The notes below the pieces were generated by a model. That model saw only the letters and a program-made list of their open reading frames with translations, did not search any database and was not told where the DNA came from. A program made the position numbers and the translations under genes. A stretch of 64,000 nt of DNA from Tubulanus polymorphus. Its lineage: Eukaryota; Animalia; Nemertea. This document shows, piece after piece, positions 48,401 to 58,790 of this stretch. Position 1 is the first letter of the stretch, and the number at the start of each line of letters is the position of its first letter. The stretch is taken from contig NC_134028.1 of NCBI RefSeq assembly GCF_964204645.1, positions 16,623,653-16,687,652 on the forward strand, read 5' to 3'.

Positions 48401-49440
48401 CTAACAGGATACTTATCTATCTTATAATTATTTTCAAATTGTTTATAATGAGTTAATCTATAAGTATGTTTATTATAATCTTCAACTGGATGTAAACAAC
48501 TTATTATAGCCCATAGAAAACATTTATCATCTTCATTTTGTATATTTATTACAGCATTAGTTTTAAATGGTAGTTTAATATAACTTGATGCTTCAATATC
48601 GGGTTCTTTATAATATGATAAATTATTATCATCAATTGGTTTTGATTTAGTTAACTTATTATATTTTGTGTTATAAACATGTAAAGTTATAAATATTATC
48701 TCATCAAATATTAAACCAGATCCTTCAAAATATTTTTCTTCTATTTTAGTTTTTATTTCATTATAACATTTATTTAATTTATCATCTATATGTTGTTTAG
48801 ATATAATATGTTGTGAATGAGAATTTATATTATATATTGGTTTATCTTCAGATTTTATAAACTTTACTTTAACTAATATACTAATTTTAGGATATTCAAC
48901 ATCTGTAATTATTTTTATTATTTCTTTCATATTTTCTAAATGTTTTTTATTTTCTTCTATTGTTTTACCTTCATGAAATTTAAACTCGATAGCTGCTGGA
49001 CCAATATCACTTTTAAATGCTTCGGTTATCTCTATATCTTTTTTATTATCTAATGAATTAATATAATTTCTTACATCTTCCATATATGGTCTTTTATTGT
49101 TTAATTTATTTTTTATTCTTTTAATTGTCTTCTGTTTCTTATCGTTATCATTATCAAAATAATCTTCACCTAAAATATCATTATTCTTATTTCTAATATG
49201 ACTTATAGATTTTAAATGTTCTTTATAATATCTTTTATCACTGAATGATTGATTACATGTATCACATTTGTATGTTTCTTTTTCATCCTTTAATTCTTCT
49301 AATTTATTTTCTAATATATCATCTTCATATTCTAATTTCAATTTATTCTCTAAATGTGTTCTAGTTTTATTGTGTCTTGCTTTTTGGGATTTATCTATAT
49401 CGATATTACATGTTGGGCAGTAGTACTTATTTGCTTCCAT
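45406..49440 (-). CDS. Protein-primed family B DNA polymerase (1344 aa) with N-terminal zinc fingers, OTU-like and endonuclease VII-like domains
   Basis: ExoI YGDFES, ExoII FHNLSGYD, PolA YIDANNLYG, PolB KLMNNAFYGK, PolC YFDTDS; DDKCFLW..H; CYYC..RDHDH..HENCN. Confidence 0.96.
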   Translation of the reverse strand: MEANKYYCPTCNIDIDKSQKARHNKTRTHLENKLKLEYEDDILENKLEELKDEKETYKCDTCNQSFSDKRYYKEHLKSISHIRNKNNDILGEDYFDNDNDKKQKTIKRIKNKLNNKRPYMEDVRNYINSLDNKKDIEITEAFKSDIGPAAIEFKFHEGKTIEENKKHLENMKEIIKIITDVEYPKISILVKVKFIKSEDKPIYNINSHSQHIISKQHIDDKLNKCYNEIKTKIEEKYFEGSGLIFDEIIFITLHVYNTKYNKLTKSKPIDDNNLSYYKEPDIEASSYIKLPFKTNAVINIQNEDDKCFLWAIISCLHPVEDYNKHTYRLTHYKQFENNYKIDKYPVRIKNIPKIERDNNLKINVFDLIKLPNTKGNNIKHYTLEPLYLSKDYDSNDVIDILYYENHYMWIKQIDLFFRTENDHHNKIYLCRKCLHKFSNESTLLNHKQLCDNHDYCKLVLPNEKDKILEFKKYDYKNKVPFVIYGDFESLNKELTDQDRKDIYYKRKKLNSNESDYSEDPPKTNTIKKIHQSAAAFGLYIKSNYPELIESEYYNYRNENVINHFCDLLIEYEIRFSKLLNTNKEIIMTEEDKEEFEFADKCYYCEKIFNYKDKKVRDHDHLNGKFRGAAHENCNLQAKKINFVPVIFHNLSGYDAHLFIKQLCHKIEEINNEIEILNSNRSKDKIPTYKFRMLAKTSENYISFQFGCLRFIDSYRFLSSSLDNLSKSLVDDELKILKEYYPNYDDFKLMRYKGAIPYSFYKNHNDFNITELLKEQFYDELKNEYVKDEVYNRTLNIWNHFKIENHGQLVDLYLKSDVLLLTDIFERFRDVNLKYFNIDPCHCYSSPGLTWDCGLKFTDIKMDLLTNIDQLLLFEKSIRGGVSGVLGDRYFNVNDNPGYKLLYIDANNLYGWAMMEPQPYGMFEITEVLQIDKFDWKKRILDIADDSDTGYFFVVDLEYPENIKFKSRNLAYCPEHKTVTHEELSNYQKRIKPDNHIHTEKLMVTQEDKYNYVVHYRMLKFYLNQGMILKKVHRYISFSQSKWLEKYIDFNTTQRTKSKTDFEKDFFKLMNNAFYGKTCENIRNRNDIELVSNGKRIRHLQSYPKFIGNRIFDENLAAVKLKRTSMKFNKPIYVGASVLEISKLLMYKFYYNILQPHFGEKHIEILYFDTDSYILKIKTDNITDDLKTLKHHFDFSNYPKNHELFSNDNKKVPGKFKDELGGEEMIEFIGIRSKMYSYKTKTHEAKKLKGITKSVVEKNIHFKDYINCIFNEEVRKHKMKCLRSEDHEMYIEEIEKISLNPFDDKRYILDDGIHTVAYGCNLDEYIKFKREETKENEIMKRILTC

Positions 49441-49708
49441 TTTAATACTATATTTTTTATTAAAATTGATTTTAGAAGTTCAATGATTTATATTTTATTC
49501 ATATATGTGAATATTTTAAGAGTAATAGGGATAATAGGCTTTCTGGTCAAAGGTTGAAGGGGCGAGTGAGTAAAAAATGAAAATAATAATAATTTACAGT
49601 TGAATTAGGAGTGTGCGCGACTAATTCAACTGTAAATTATTATTATTTTCATTTTTTACGAGCTCGACCGTTCGACCTTTGGCCTGAAAGCCTATTATCC
49701 CTATTACT
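49352..49708 (-). repeat. Right TIR of copy C; hairpin at 49521-49708; contains the pPolB upstream region and first 30 codons
   Basis: Reverse complement of 30906-31262. Confidence 0.95.
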
Positions 49709-52700
49709 AACATAGATTGGTTTATTAAATTTCATTGATGTTCTTCTCATCTTAACTGCGGCTAAATTTTCATCAAATATTCTGTTACCAATGAACTTAG
49801 GATATGTTTGTAAATGTCTAGTTCTTTTACCATTACTAACTAACTCAATATCATTTCTATTTCTAATATTTTCACAAGTCTTACCATAGAATGCATTATT
49901 CATTAACTTGAAGAAATCTTTTTCGAAATCAGTTTTAGCTTTAGTTCTCTGTTTGGTGTTAAAATCTATATATTTTTCTAACCACTTAGATTGATTGAAT
50001 GAAATATATCTATGTACTTTTTTAAGAACCATTCCTTGATTTAGATAAAACTTCAACATTCTATAATGTACTACATAATTATATTGATCTTCTTGAGTTA
50101 CCATTAACTTTTCTGTATGAATATGATTTTCGGGTTTAATTCTTTTTTGATAATTTGATAATTCTTCATGAGTTACAGTTTTATGTTCGGGACAGTAAGC
50201 CAGATTTCTAGATTTAAATTTAATATGTTCAGGATATTCTAAATCTACAACAAAGAAGTAACCAGTATCTGAATCATCTGCAATATCTAGGATTCTTTTC
50301 TTCCAATCAAATTTATCATTATTTTCATTCTGTAAAACTTCAGTTAATTCAAATACTCCATAAGGTTGTGGTTCCATCATTGCCCAACCATACAAATTAT
50401 TTGCATCTATATATAATACCTTATATCCAGGGTTATCATTTACATTGAAATATCTATCACCTAATACACCTGAAACTCCTCCTCTTATAGATTTTTCAAA
50501 TAATAGTAATTGATCTATATTTGTTAACAAATCCATTTTTATATCTGTAAATTTCAATCCACAATCCCATGTTAATCCTGGTGATGAATAACAATGACAA
50601 GGATCAATATTGAAATATTTTAGGTTTACATCTCTAAACCTTTCGAATATATCGGTTAATAATAATACATCTGATTTTAAATATAAATCTACTAATTGTC
50701 CATGATTTTCTATTTTGAAATGATTCCAAATATTCAATGTTCTATTATAGACTTCATCTTTAACATATTCATTTTTTAATTCATCATAGAATTGTTCTTT
50801 CAATAATTCAGTTATGTTAAAATCATTATGATTTTTATAGAAAGAATATGGAATTGCTCCTTTATATCTCATTAATTTAAAATCATCAATATTTTGGTAA
50901 TGTTGCTTTAATATTTTTAATTCATCATCAACTAATGATTTTGATAAGTTATCTAATGAACTATTTAAAAATCTATATGAATCTATAAATCTTAGGCAAC
51001 CAAATTGGAATGATATATAATTCTCAGATGTTTTAGCTAACATTCTAAATTTATAAGTTGGTATTTTATCTTTTGATCTATTTGAATTTAATCTTTCTAT
51101 TTCATTATTAATTTCTTCTATTTTATGGCATAACTGTTTGATAAATAAATGTGCATCATATCCTGATAGATTATGAAATATAACTGGTACAAAGTTAATT
51201 TTCTTAGCTTGCAAATTGCAATTCTCATGCGCAGCGCCTCTAAACTTTCCATTCAAATGATCATGGTCTCTTACTTTTTTATCTCTAAAATTAAATATCT
51301 TTTCACAATAATAACATTTACCTGCGAACACAAATTCGTCTTTATCTTCTTCTGTCATTATAATTTCTATATTTGTATTCAATAATTTACTAAATCTTAT
51401 TTCATATTCAATTAATAAGTCACAAAAATGATTGATAACATTTTCATTTCTGTAATGATAATATTCACTTTTAATTAGTTCTGGATAATCAGATTTAATA
51501 TATAACCCGAAAGCTGCAGCTGATTGATGAATCTTTTTAATAGTATTTGTTTTTGGTGGTTCATCTGAAAAATCATTTTCATTAGAATTTAATTTCTTTC
51601 TTTTATAATATATTTCTTTTCTATCTTGATCAGTTAATTCTTTATTTAATGATTCAAAATCTCCATATATTACAAATGGTACTTTATTTTTGTAATCATA
51701 TTTTTTGAATTCTAATATTTTATCCTTTTCATTTGGTAAAACTAATTTACAATAATCATGATTTTCACATAATTGTTTATGATTTAATAATGTACTTTCA
51801 TTACTGAATCTATGTAAACATTTTCTACAAAGATATATTTTATTATCAACATCATTTTCTGATTTAAAAAATAACTCAATTCTTTTAATCCACATATAAT
51901 GATTCTCATAATATAGTATATCTATAACATCGTTTGAATCATAATCTTTTGATAGGTATAAAGGATCTAATGTATAATGTTTTATGTTGTTACCTTTTGT
52001 ATTTGGTAATTTGATTAAATCAAATACATTTATTCTTAAATTATTATCTCTTTCTATTTTTGGGATGTCTTTAATTATAACAGGATACTTATCTATCTTA
52101 TAATTATTTTCAAATTGTTTATAATTTGTTAATCTATAAGTATGTTTATTATAATCTTCAACTGGGTGTAAGCAACTTATAATTGCCGATAGAAAACATT
52201 TATCATCAAAATTTTGTACATTTATTACAGCATTAGTTTTAAATGGTAGTTTAATATAACTCGATGCTTCAATATCTGGTTCTTTATAATATGATACATT
52301 ATTTTCATCAATTGGTATCGATTTAGTTAACTTATTATATTTTGTGTTATAAACGTGTAAAGTCATAAATATTATCTCATCAAATATTAAACCAGATCCT
52401 TCAAAATATTTCTCTTCTATTTTAGTTTTTACTTCATTATAACATTTATCTAATTTATTATCTATATGTTGTTTAGATATAATATGTTGTGAATGAGAAT
52501 TTATATTATATATTGGTTTATCTTCAGATTTTATAAACTTTACTTTAACTGATATACTAATTTTAGGATATTCAACATCAGTAATTATTTTTATTATTTC
52601 TTTCATATTTTCTAAATGTTTTTTATTTTCTTCTAATGTTTTTCCTTTATGAAATTTAAACTCGATAGCTGCTGGGCCAATATCACTTTTAAATGCTTCG

Positions 52701-53116
52701 GTTATCTCTATATCTTTTTTATTATCTAATGAATTAATATAATTTCTTACATCTTCCATATATGGTCTTGTATTGTTTAATTTATTTTTTATGCTTTTAA
52801 TTGTCTTCTGTTTCTTATCATTATCTTTATCAATATAATCTTCACCTAAAATATCATTATTCTTATTTCTAATATGACTTTTAGATTTTAAATGTTCTTT
52901 ATAATATCTTTTATCACTGAATGATTGATTACATGTATCACATTTGTATGTTTCTTTTTCATTATTTAATTCTTCTAATTTAGTTTCTAATATATCATCT
53001 TCATATTCTAGTTTCAATTTATTCTCTAAATGTGTTTTAGTTTTATTGTGTCTTGATTTTTGGGATTTATCTATATTGATATTACATGTTGCGCAGTAGT
53101 ACTTATTTGCTTCCAT
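49709..53116 (-). pseudogene. pPolB of copy B, 5' part, interrupted by copy C
   Basis: Open reading frame to ...MKFNKPIYV, then reads into the TIR of C (SNRDNRLSG...). Confidence 0.93.
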
Positions 53117-53195
53117 TTTAATAATAAATTTTTTATTAAAATTGATTTAAGAAGTTATTCATTTATATTTTATTCATATATATGAATATTTTAAG

Positions 53196-53328
53196 AGTAA
53201 TAGGGAATATCTTGTTTCAGGTTAAAGGTCGAACGGTCGAGCTCGTAAAAAATGAAAAACATGAGAATAATAACAATTTCTACTTGAATTACTCGCGCAA
53301 CTCATAAAAATGAAAAATAAATTCTCAC
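53196..53328. repeat. Half-hairpin at the right end of copy B, broken at the loop
   Basis: One arm AGTAATAGGG...AAATTCTCAC, then an abrupt switch to Gypsy env sequence. Confidence 0.9.
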
Positions 53329-53647
53329 GCCGGAGAAGGCGCTGGTCGAGGATAATGGAATGTTATATACAAATTATCGTTTGTCTTAGACAATATCTTG
53401 GGCCTGATAATAAAACCCTAACTCATTATGCTGGATGGTGAAACCAACAAATTTGGCCTGTAAATCTTCTCGCACGTGTTGCAAGACCCTTTTTAAATCT
53501 TTCGGGGATACAAACTTCATGGGTAGATAGCCCTCTAAAAGTGTCTGAGTTGCTAACAGCCATTGTTGCGTGGTTCCGTGTTAAATCTATCATAGATGAT
53601 AGTCAAGCATTAATTGCTTGATAACTAGTAAAATTAATCTATTGTAA
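53329..53647 (-). pseudogene. Gypsy env, middle fragment
   Basis: Minus strand reads QWLLATQTLLEGYLPMKFVSPKDLKRVLQHVREDL...GFYYQAQD; lies between the Harbinger element and Polinton B. Confidence 0.7.
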
Positions 53648-53945
53648 AGCCTAGCGCACATCGACACTGCGATTGGAGACAACTAGTTGCAAGGCAGTTT
53701 TTGGCGCATGAGAGGAACTAGCTGGATACGATCAGTTGCTTGAATGTGTCGATGTGAGCGAGCTTACGATTGGTAAGCGTCGATTTATCTCCAGTTCCAG
53801 CCAGTTGCTCATGTTCTACTTTTGAGCAACTGGCTGTACTCAATCGCAGTCATATCCGTCGATGTGAGCGCTCCATGCGCGCTCCGGCGCTGCTGACGGT
53901 CATGTGACTAAAAATAAAGATTGAATTTAATTGTGATTGAGCAAA

Positions 53946-56418
53946 ATGGCAGCAACCGACAAAATGACTGATGAATGGACGGAGCTCGCTGAGTGGAAAA
54001 GTGGCGTGAAAGACCTTGCCTATATGATACATCGTGCAAGGCATATGCAAATAGGACAGCTAGACGCGCGGCCCTCGAAGAAATGTCTTTTAGCCTGGAA
54101 AAAACAGGTAATTCCTTCACTAAAACAATGATGGTCGCTTGGAATCAATTCAGATCAATTCATTTTATTACAATAGATTTACTAAAAAATACAATGCAAA
54201 CTTAAACACGCCTTTTCATTCAAACAATACGGTGGTCTTATTCATACATTCATGCTCTCTCGATGCATGAATAAACCTGTTGTATCTCGAGGTATGAGTG
54301 AACTTGTATCACTACACCTCAGTTGGAGGCAGCATTTTGATTGATGTTCACGCATTGTTGTTGTTTATGTCTCACTGATTTTGATCGCGGGCGCCGCCAT
54401 TGATAATTTAAAAGAAAATGATTGGCCTTCCAACTACGTACATAGCCCATATGTATTCAAGGGAGGAACAAAATTTCGAGAAAGCTAATTTTAGGTCTAG
54501 CCCTATTTGTCAATTTGAAAAACACGTGAATATGTTGACTATATTAGAAATTGGCTAAAGGTTTAATGATCCTTATTTTCTTTTAGTTAATGAAATCAGC
54601 AAAAAAATGAAAAATATGCGCAAGCAGTTTTCTAGAATTGCGAAGAACTAGTGGTAGACGAGGACTGACCAGTCACCACCAGTGGATTCTGAAAAACCTG
54701 GAAATCCTTCGGCCATTTATGAAAGCCAGGGATACGCAGTCATCATATCAGGTACAATATTATTGAAGCTAACTTTTCAAAAGTAAACAATGTTTATAGG
54801 ATTTACTGATAATTATGTATTTCTCAAATTGTTACATTAATCAATATTTTCAACACAATGGAGATATATGAGTCAAGTAGATACACAATCTCCGTGTAAG
54901 ATCCGTGTAACGAGAAAAATCCTACAATTTTTCAGTAAAAAAAAAACACTATTAGCCATCATCAGGTCATCACAGATGGCTAATAGTATTTAGCCGAAAC
55001 GTTGCTCGAAATAAATACGATTCTACTATACAACTTTTCATTTTTTTGGCTGAAAAATTGTGGGATTTCTCTCGTTAATGGAGATACATGTATTGTAACA
55101 TCATAAAAGTAGGCTAAAATGTATACAAATCAAATTTTACTTTCTTGCCATTCTACAGCGCCCTCAGGGCTTACAAAAAGTTCATCAATGTTTCACGTTT
55201 TTCTTTTGGTCGTTGGCCACTGTTGTTACTGTGGGGTATTCCAGTGGACCCTGGCTGATTTTCCTCTCTCCATGATCCAGGGGTTACTTCGTGAGTGGTG
55301 GACGATTCTTGGTCAACAATCCCACCGAGATAGTGCCCATCATTTTTGACAATCAAATAATTGTGTAGCACGCATGCACACAAGACGAGTTTCTCTACTA
55401 CATTCGGCTCCAATGATATCCTACTAAGAAAAACTAAAACAAGAACAAAGAATGCCAAACGCATTCTCCACTACACGTCTAGCACGAGACAGCGATAATT
55501 ATAAACGCCTATTTAGAGCTTCCGCCACAGAACACCCTGCAAATACACCTCTATCAGAGATCCGGCCATTACAACCGACATCAACATATATGAATTTGTA
55601 GTCCGCATCTACAAGCCCCATGAGAACAACACTAAAAAAACTTATAATTGTAATAAAGTGACCCAGAGTTCTTTGGGGGACGTACAGCTATGTGTTTCCC
55701 ATCCACAGATCTGAGAGTATTTGGGAAGTTCCATCTCTCCATGAATCTTTTCGATATTTTCAGCCAGTCTTCCTGTGATTGCGGCATCTGAAAGTAAAGT
55801 AATTTATCAATAATTAGTATTTTCTTGTCACTTCAGGTTGAGAATACCCAAGAGGATGAGGAGGATGAACCCGGCGAGTCATCATCCGATGATGAAGGCA
55901 CTCAGGCAAAAGAAACTCCCTGTACAAGCCCCATCCCATCATCCAGCAGCTCAAATCACGAAAGCGGGCCAGTCACTAATACCCCAAAAGGCTTCACATT
56001 CAGTTGTGATCGACCAGCTGCTAAAAAGAGGACAAATCCGGGACCAACTGAGAGGGGGAATGATCTCTTTAACAGGGAGAAGCTTGCGGCACTGAGTAAA
56101 ATCGCTGAAACCATATCAACACCAATCAGCAAGATTATAGAGAAAGAAGATGAAGATGATGTCTTCGGTTACTATGTGGCAAGCAGAGTCCGGAAAATTA
56201 CAGATGTGAGGACTAAAACTAGACTTATTGCTACAATTAACAGTTCAATATCTGAAGCTGAGTTGGCACTTTTAGATTTGACAGCTTTTCAAAACCAGTC
56301 ACAACAGCCACCGCATTTTCAAGGCTATGTGAACTTAATGAACTCCGAGTCAAATGTCTCATCTTACACACAGTGCCGGAATCCAAATTACAATTCTACA
56401 TTTTCTAGATCATCATGA
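53946..56418 (+). pseudogene. Harbinger MADF/Myb-like DNA-binding gene (exons about 53946-54107, 54587-54751, 55837-56418)
   Basis: PCLYDTSCKAYANRTARRAALEEM and KMKNMRKQFSR MADF pieces; DDVFGYYVASRVRKI C-terminal motif; GT-AG junctions; frameshifts. Confidence 0.75.
54907..55077. mobile_element. MITE-like inverted-repeat insert within the Harbinger element
   Basis: TAACGAGAAAAATCCTACAATTTTTCAG / CTGAAAAATTGTGGGATTTCTCTCGTTA ends; internal ACTATTAGCCATC/GATGGCTAATAGT stem. Confidence 0.55.
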
Positions 56419-56681
56419 AGCGTTCTCATATCATAAGGAAAAGTAAAAATTGGGATCACGTCATTGATTCACGTGATTTTTCTCAACATAAAACCATCAA
56501 ATTAATGAAATGTTTTGTTGACCAAATTATAAGATTATATATCAAGATAATATCTGTACATGTACATAAAATGACGAAATCTTTTTATTAATCGTAAATG
56601 ATTTTATGTTTATATTGACTCGGGGACATAAAATCTAATTTAGAATACCTAATTAATGATGTCTATATAGCGACATCATTC

Positions 56682-56853
56682 CTCGCCTGCCAGGATTTGA
56701 TTGCCTCATGCCAACACAAAGCCTGGCCACAGGTGCTTCATTGGACTATTACACTTGGGAGTGTATCAGACTTATGAAGTAACTGCAGCCAGGGTTGGTT
56801 TGAGTTACTCGGCGTGACCTTCGGTGGGAGGCAATCAAACCCTGGTAAGCGAG
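56682..56853. mobile_element. MITE-like insert in the transposase intron
   Basis: CTCGCCTGCCAGGATTTGATTGCCTC / GAGGCAATCAAACCCTGGTAAGCGAG imperfect TIRs. Confidence 0.6.
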
Positions 56854-56992
56854 ACAACCTAGGATATTAATAAGCCTGTGAATTATTTCTTACTTTCATA
56901 TAATCATCTTTTAGACAATTGTATATGGCCAAACAGGTATCAGGAACAATCTGCCCAACTGTTGTAGCTCCAATACGAAACGAATAACCCAG

Positions 56993-57200
56993 ACTTTTAT
57001 ACGATTCACCTGAAAATACAATAATAACAAAGTATTAGTAGGCAGTATTATGTTTTTTTTAAACTTTTATACGATTCATCAAAAATACAATAATCACAAA
57101 GTATTAGTAGGCAGTACTATGTTTTTTTTAACTTTTATACGATTCATCAAAAATACAATAATCACAAAGTATAAGTAGCCAGTATTATGTTTTTTTTAGA
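56993..57200. repeat. Three-copy tandem repeat (about 68 bp) at a transposase splice acceptor
   Basis: ACTTTTATACGATTCA..AAAATACAATAAT.ACAAAGTAT.AGTAG.CAGTA.TATGTTTTTTT occurs three times. Confidence 0.75.
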
Positions 57201-58790
57201 ATTTATAATACAATATTACATAAATTTGGTATTTTTCAGAGTTTTGTCTTCAAATAAATAGTTCATAATAAAGAAATTCTTTTGTTACATCAACTGTGTT
57301 TCAGTACATACCTGTCGCCAAGAATCTCAGTGTCAATGCAAGACGTTCATCGTGTGGCACTGCCCGACGAAAGTTTGTGTCCTGTCTGACTATATGAGGC
57401 TTTATCTTCTCGAGTAATTCATTAAATAGGTCTGGACTCATTCGAAGAAAATTCACATATGAATCCTGATCAGATGCCTCCATCTCTTTCACTAAATTGG
57501 TAAAAATCCCTTGCTGACCATGTCACTGCAACCATGGTTTCATCCACAATCTCCTCCTTTCATCTTCATTGTCAACATCATCATCGAGTAGAAATATTGC
57601 AACAGCCGCCCCGCAGCTGCACGTCGGTTTCGCTCCATCTACAGTAAATACCTCTTCCTGACACTTCGCTTTATTACCTATACAGTAAAGAAAACATTTT
57701 AAGTTTCTATTTGGTAAAAAAGTAATTAGATCTATAAAAATATTGTTTATCTAGGGTACATTGTTTGAATTGACCTCGATGTGTTCATGGATTGGAAGAT
57801 AATGAGTTAATTCCAGACTAAATGGAGACAGCAGACCAGATAATAAATTCTATTTGTTAGGTATCATTTTTGGGCTATTTCACTTAATTTTTAATACCTT
57901 AAATTGGTCTCAATAATAATAGGATCAGTGTTGTGCAGCGTAAATACACAATCGTTTTTATATTCATTTCGTACCGAGTTGGAAGGTTGCCCAAAGTCTA
58001 CATTCTTTCATGTTAAAAAGATAAAAGATCAGCCACTTTAAAATTTTAACAATATTTTTCAAGCCTATGTCATCATTATGAACCATGATTTTTGATGATC
58101 TAAAAATAGTTTTAAATGGAGGCATGAGAACTGAGAGAGTTGATTTAGTCCAAAAAATACCTGATCTTTTCCTGATTTAAATGAGTAATAGAAGATTTTT
58201 AGCAATCCTTCAATACACTGCAAAATGGATATAAAAACGATCATGAGCCGAGGGTCGTCACTCACTCTACTACTAGTCGTTAATTGACAATCTGTACAGA
58301 TTATGATGAATACATTTAATTCAATTGAATAATAGCTCAAGAAATCAAGCAATATTCACGGCAAAAATCGATGATGCCACACAAACAAGTAGCAGGCCTA
58401 GATACTGGAGTGTGTGTTTGTACTTCTAGAATAAGAATAAGTCAAGTAATCAAATTTGAAACAGCGAAATACAACGCTCAGGCTATTTTTACGACCAGTT
58501 GTCAAAAACAAACCTTTGACACGAATAGCGCCATTTTGGAACAGCCACGTGGCGCCCTATTGATTTTGCCTTGGAATTCAATTAAATTCAAATTCATTTA
58601 GATAGCGCATCTCAGTTGCTTCTCAGTTGCTTCTCAGTTGCTGTCGATGTGCGCGCTCTGGATCTCGACGATCGACACGTGCCATGCAGTTGCTGCAACT
58701 GACCGGTTGTAACTAGATTTCGATGTGCGCGGGGTAATCGTTCGGTAGCAACTAGTTGTCTCCAATCGCAGTGTCGATGTGCGCTAGGCT

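Larger units (their letters stand above)
30906..49708. mobile_element. Polinton copy C, near-intact (18,803 bp), 357-bp TIRs, 6-bp TSD AACATA
   Basis: AGT...ACT ends; AACATA at 30900-30905 and 49709-49714; encodes integrase, ATPase, MCP, minor capsid and pPolB. Confidence 0.97.
17848..53328. mobile_element. Polinton copy B (outer, decayed), split by nested copy C; right terminus truncated
   Basis: Starts AGTAATAGGG; left TIR 17848-18308 matches 53003-53328 inverted; gene order same as C; pPolB halves at 49709-53116 and 30264-30905. Confidence 0.92.
55130..57640 (-). pseudogene. Harbinger (HARBI1-like) DDE transposase (exons about 57640-57312, 57009-56894, 55787-55130)
   Basis: FLRMSPDLFNELL, LALTLRFLATG, FPN...DGKH, YVDVGCNGRISD and RRVVENAFGIL motifs; disrupted. 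Confidence 0.85.
53648..58790. mobile_element. PIF/Harbinger DNA transposon (about 5.1 kb)
   Basis: 43-bp TIR AGCCTAGCGCACATCGACACTGCGATTGGAGACAACTAGTTGC at both ends; TAA/TTA flanks; transposase plus MADF-like gene. Confidence 0.92.

Noticed and set aside
45406-53116. Tandem duplication of pPolB within one element
   Set aside because: Explained by nested insertion: the TIR and TSD of C lie between the two genes, and the missing 3' end of the pPolB of B is at 30264-30905.
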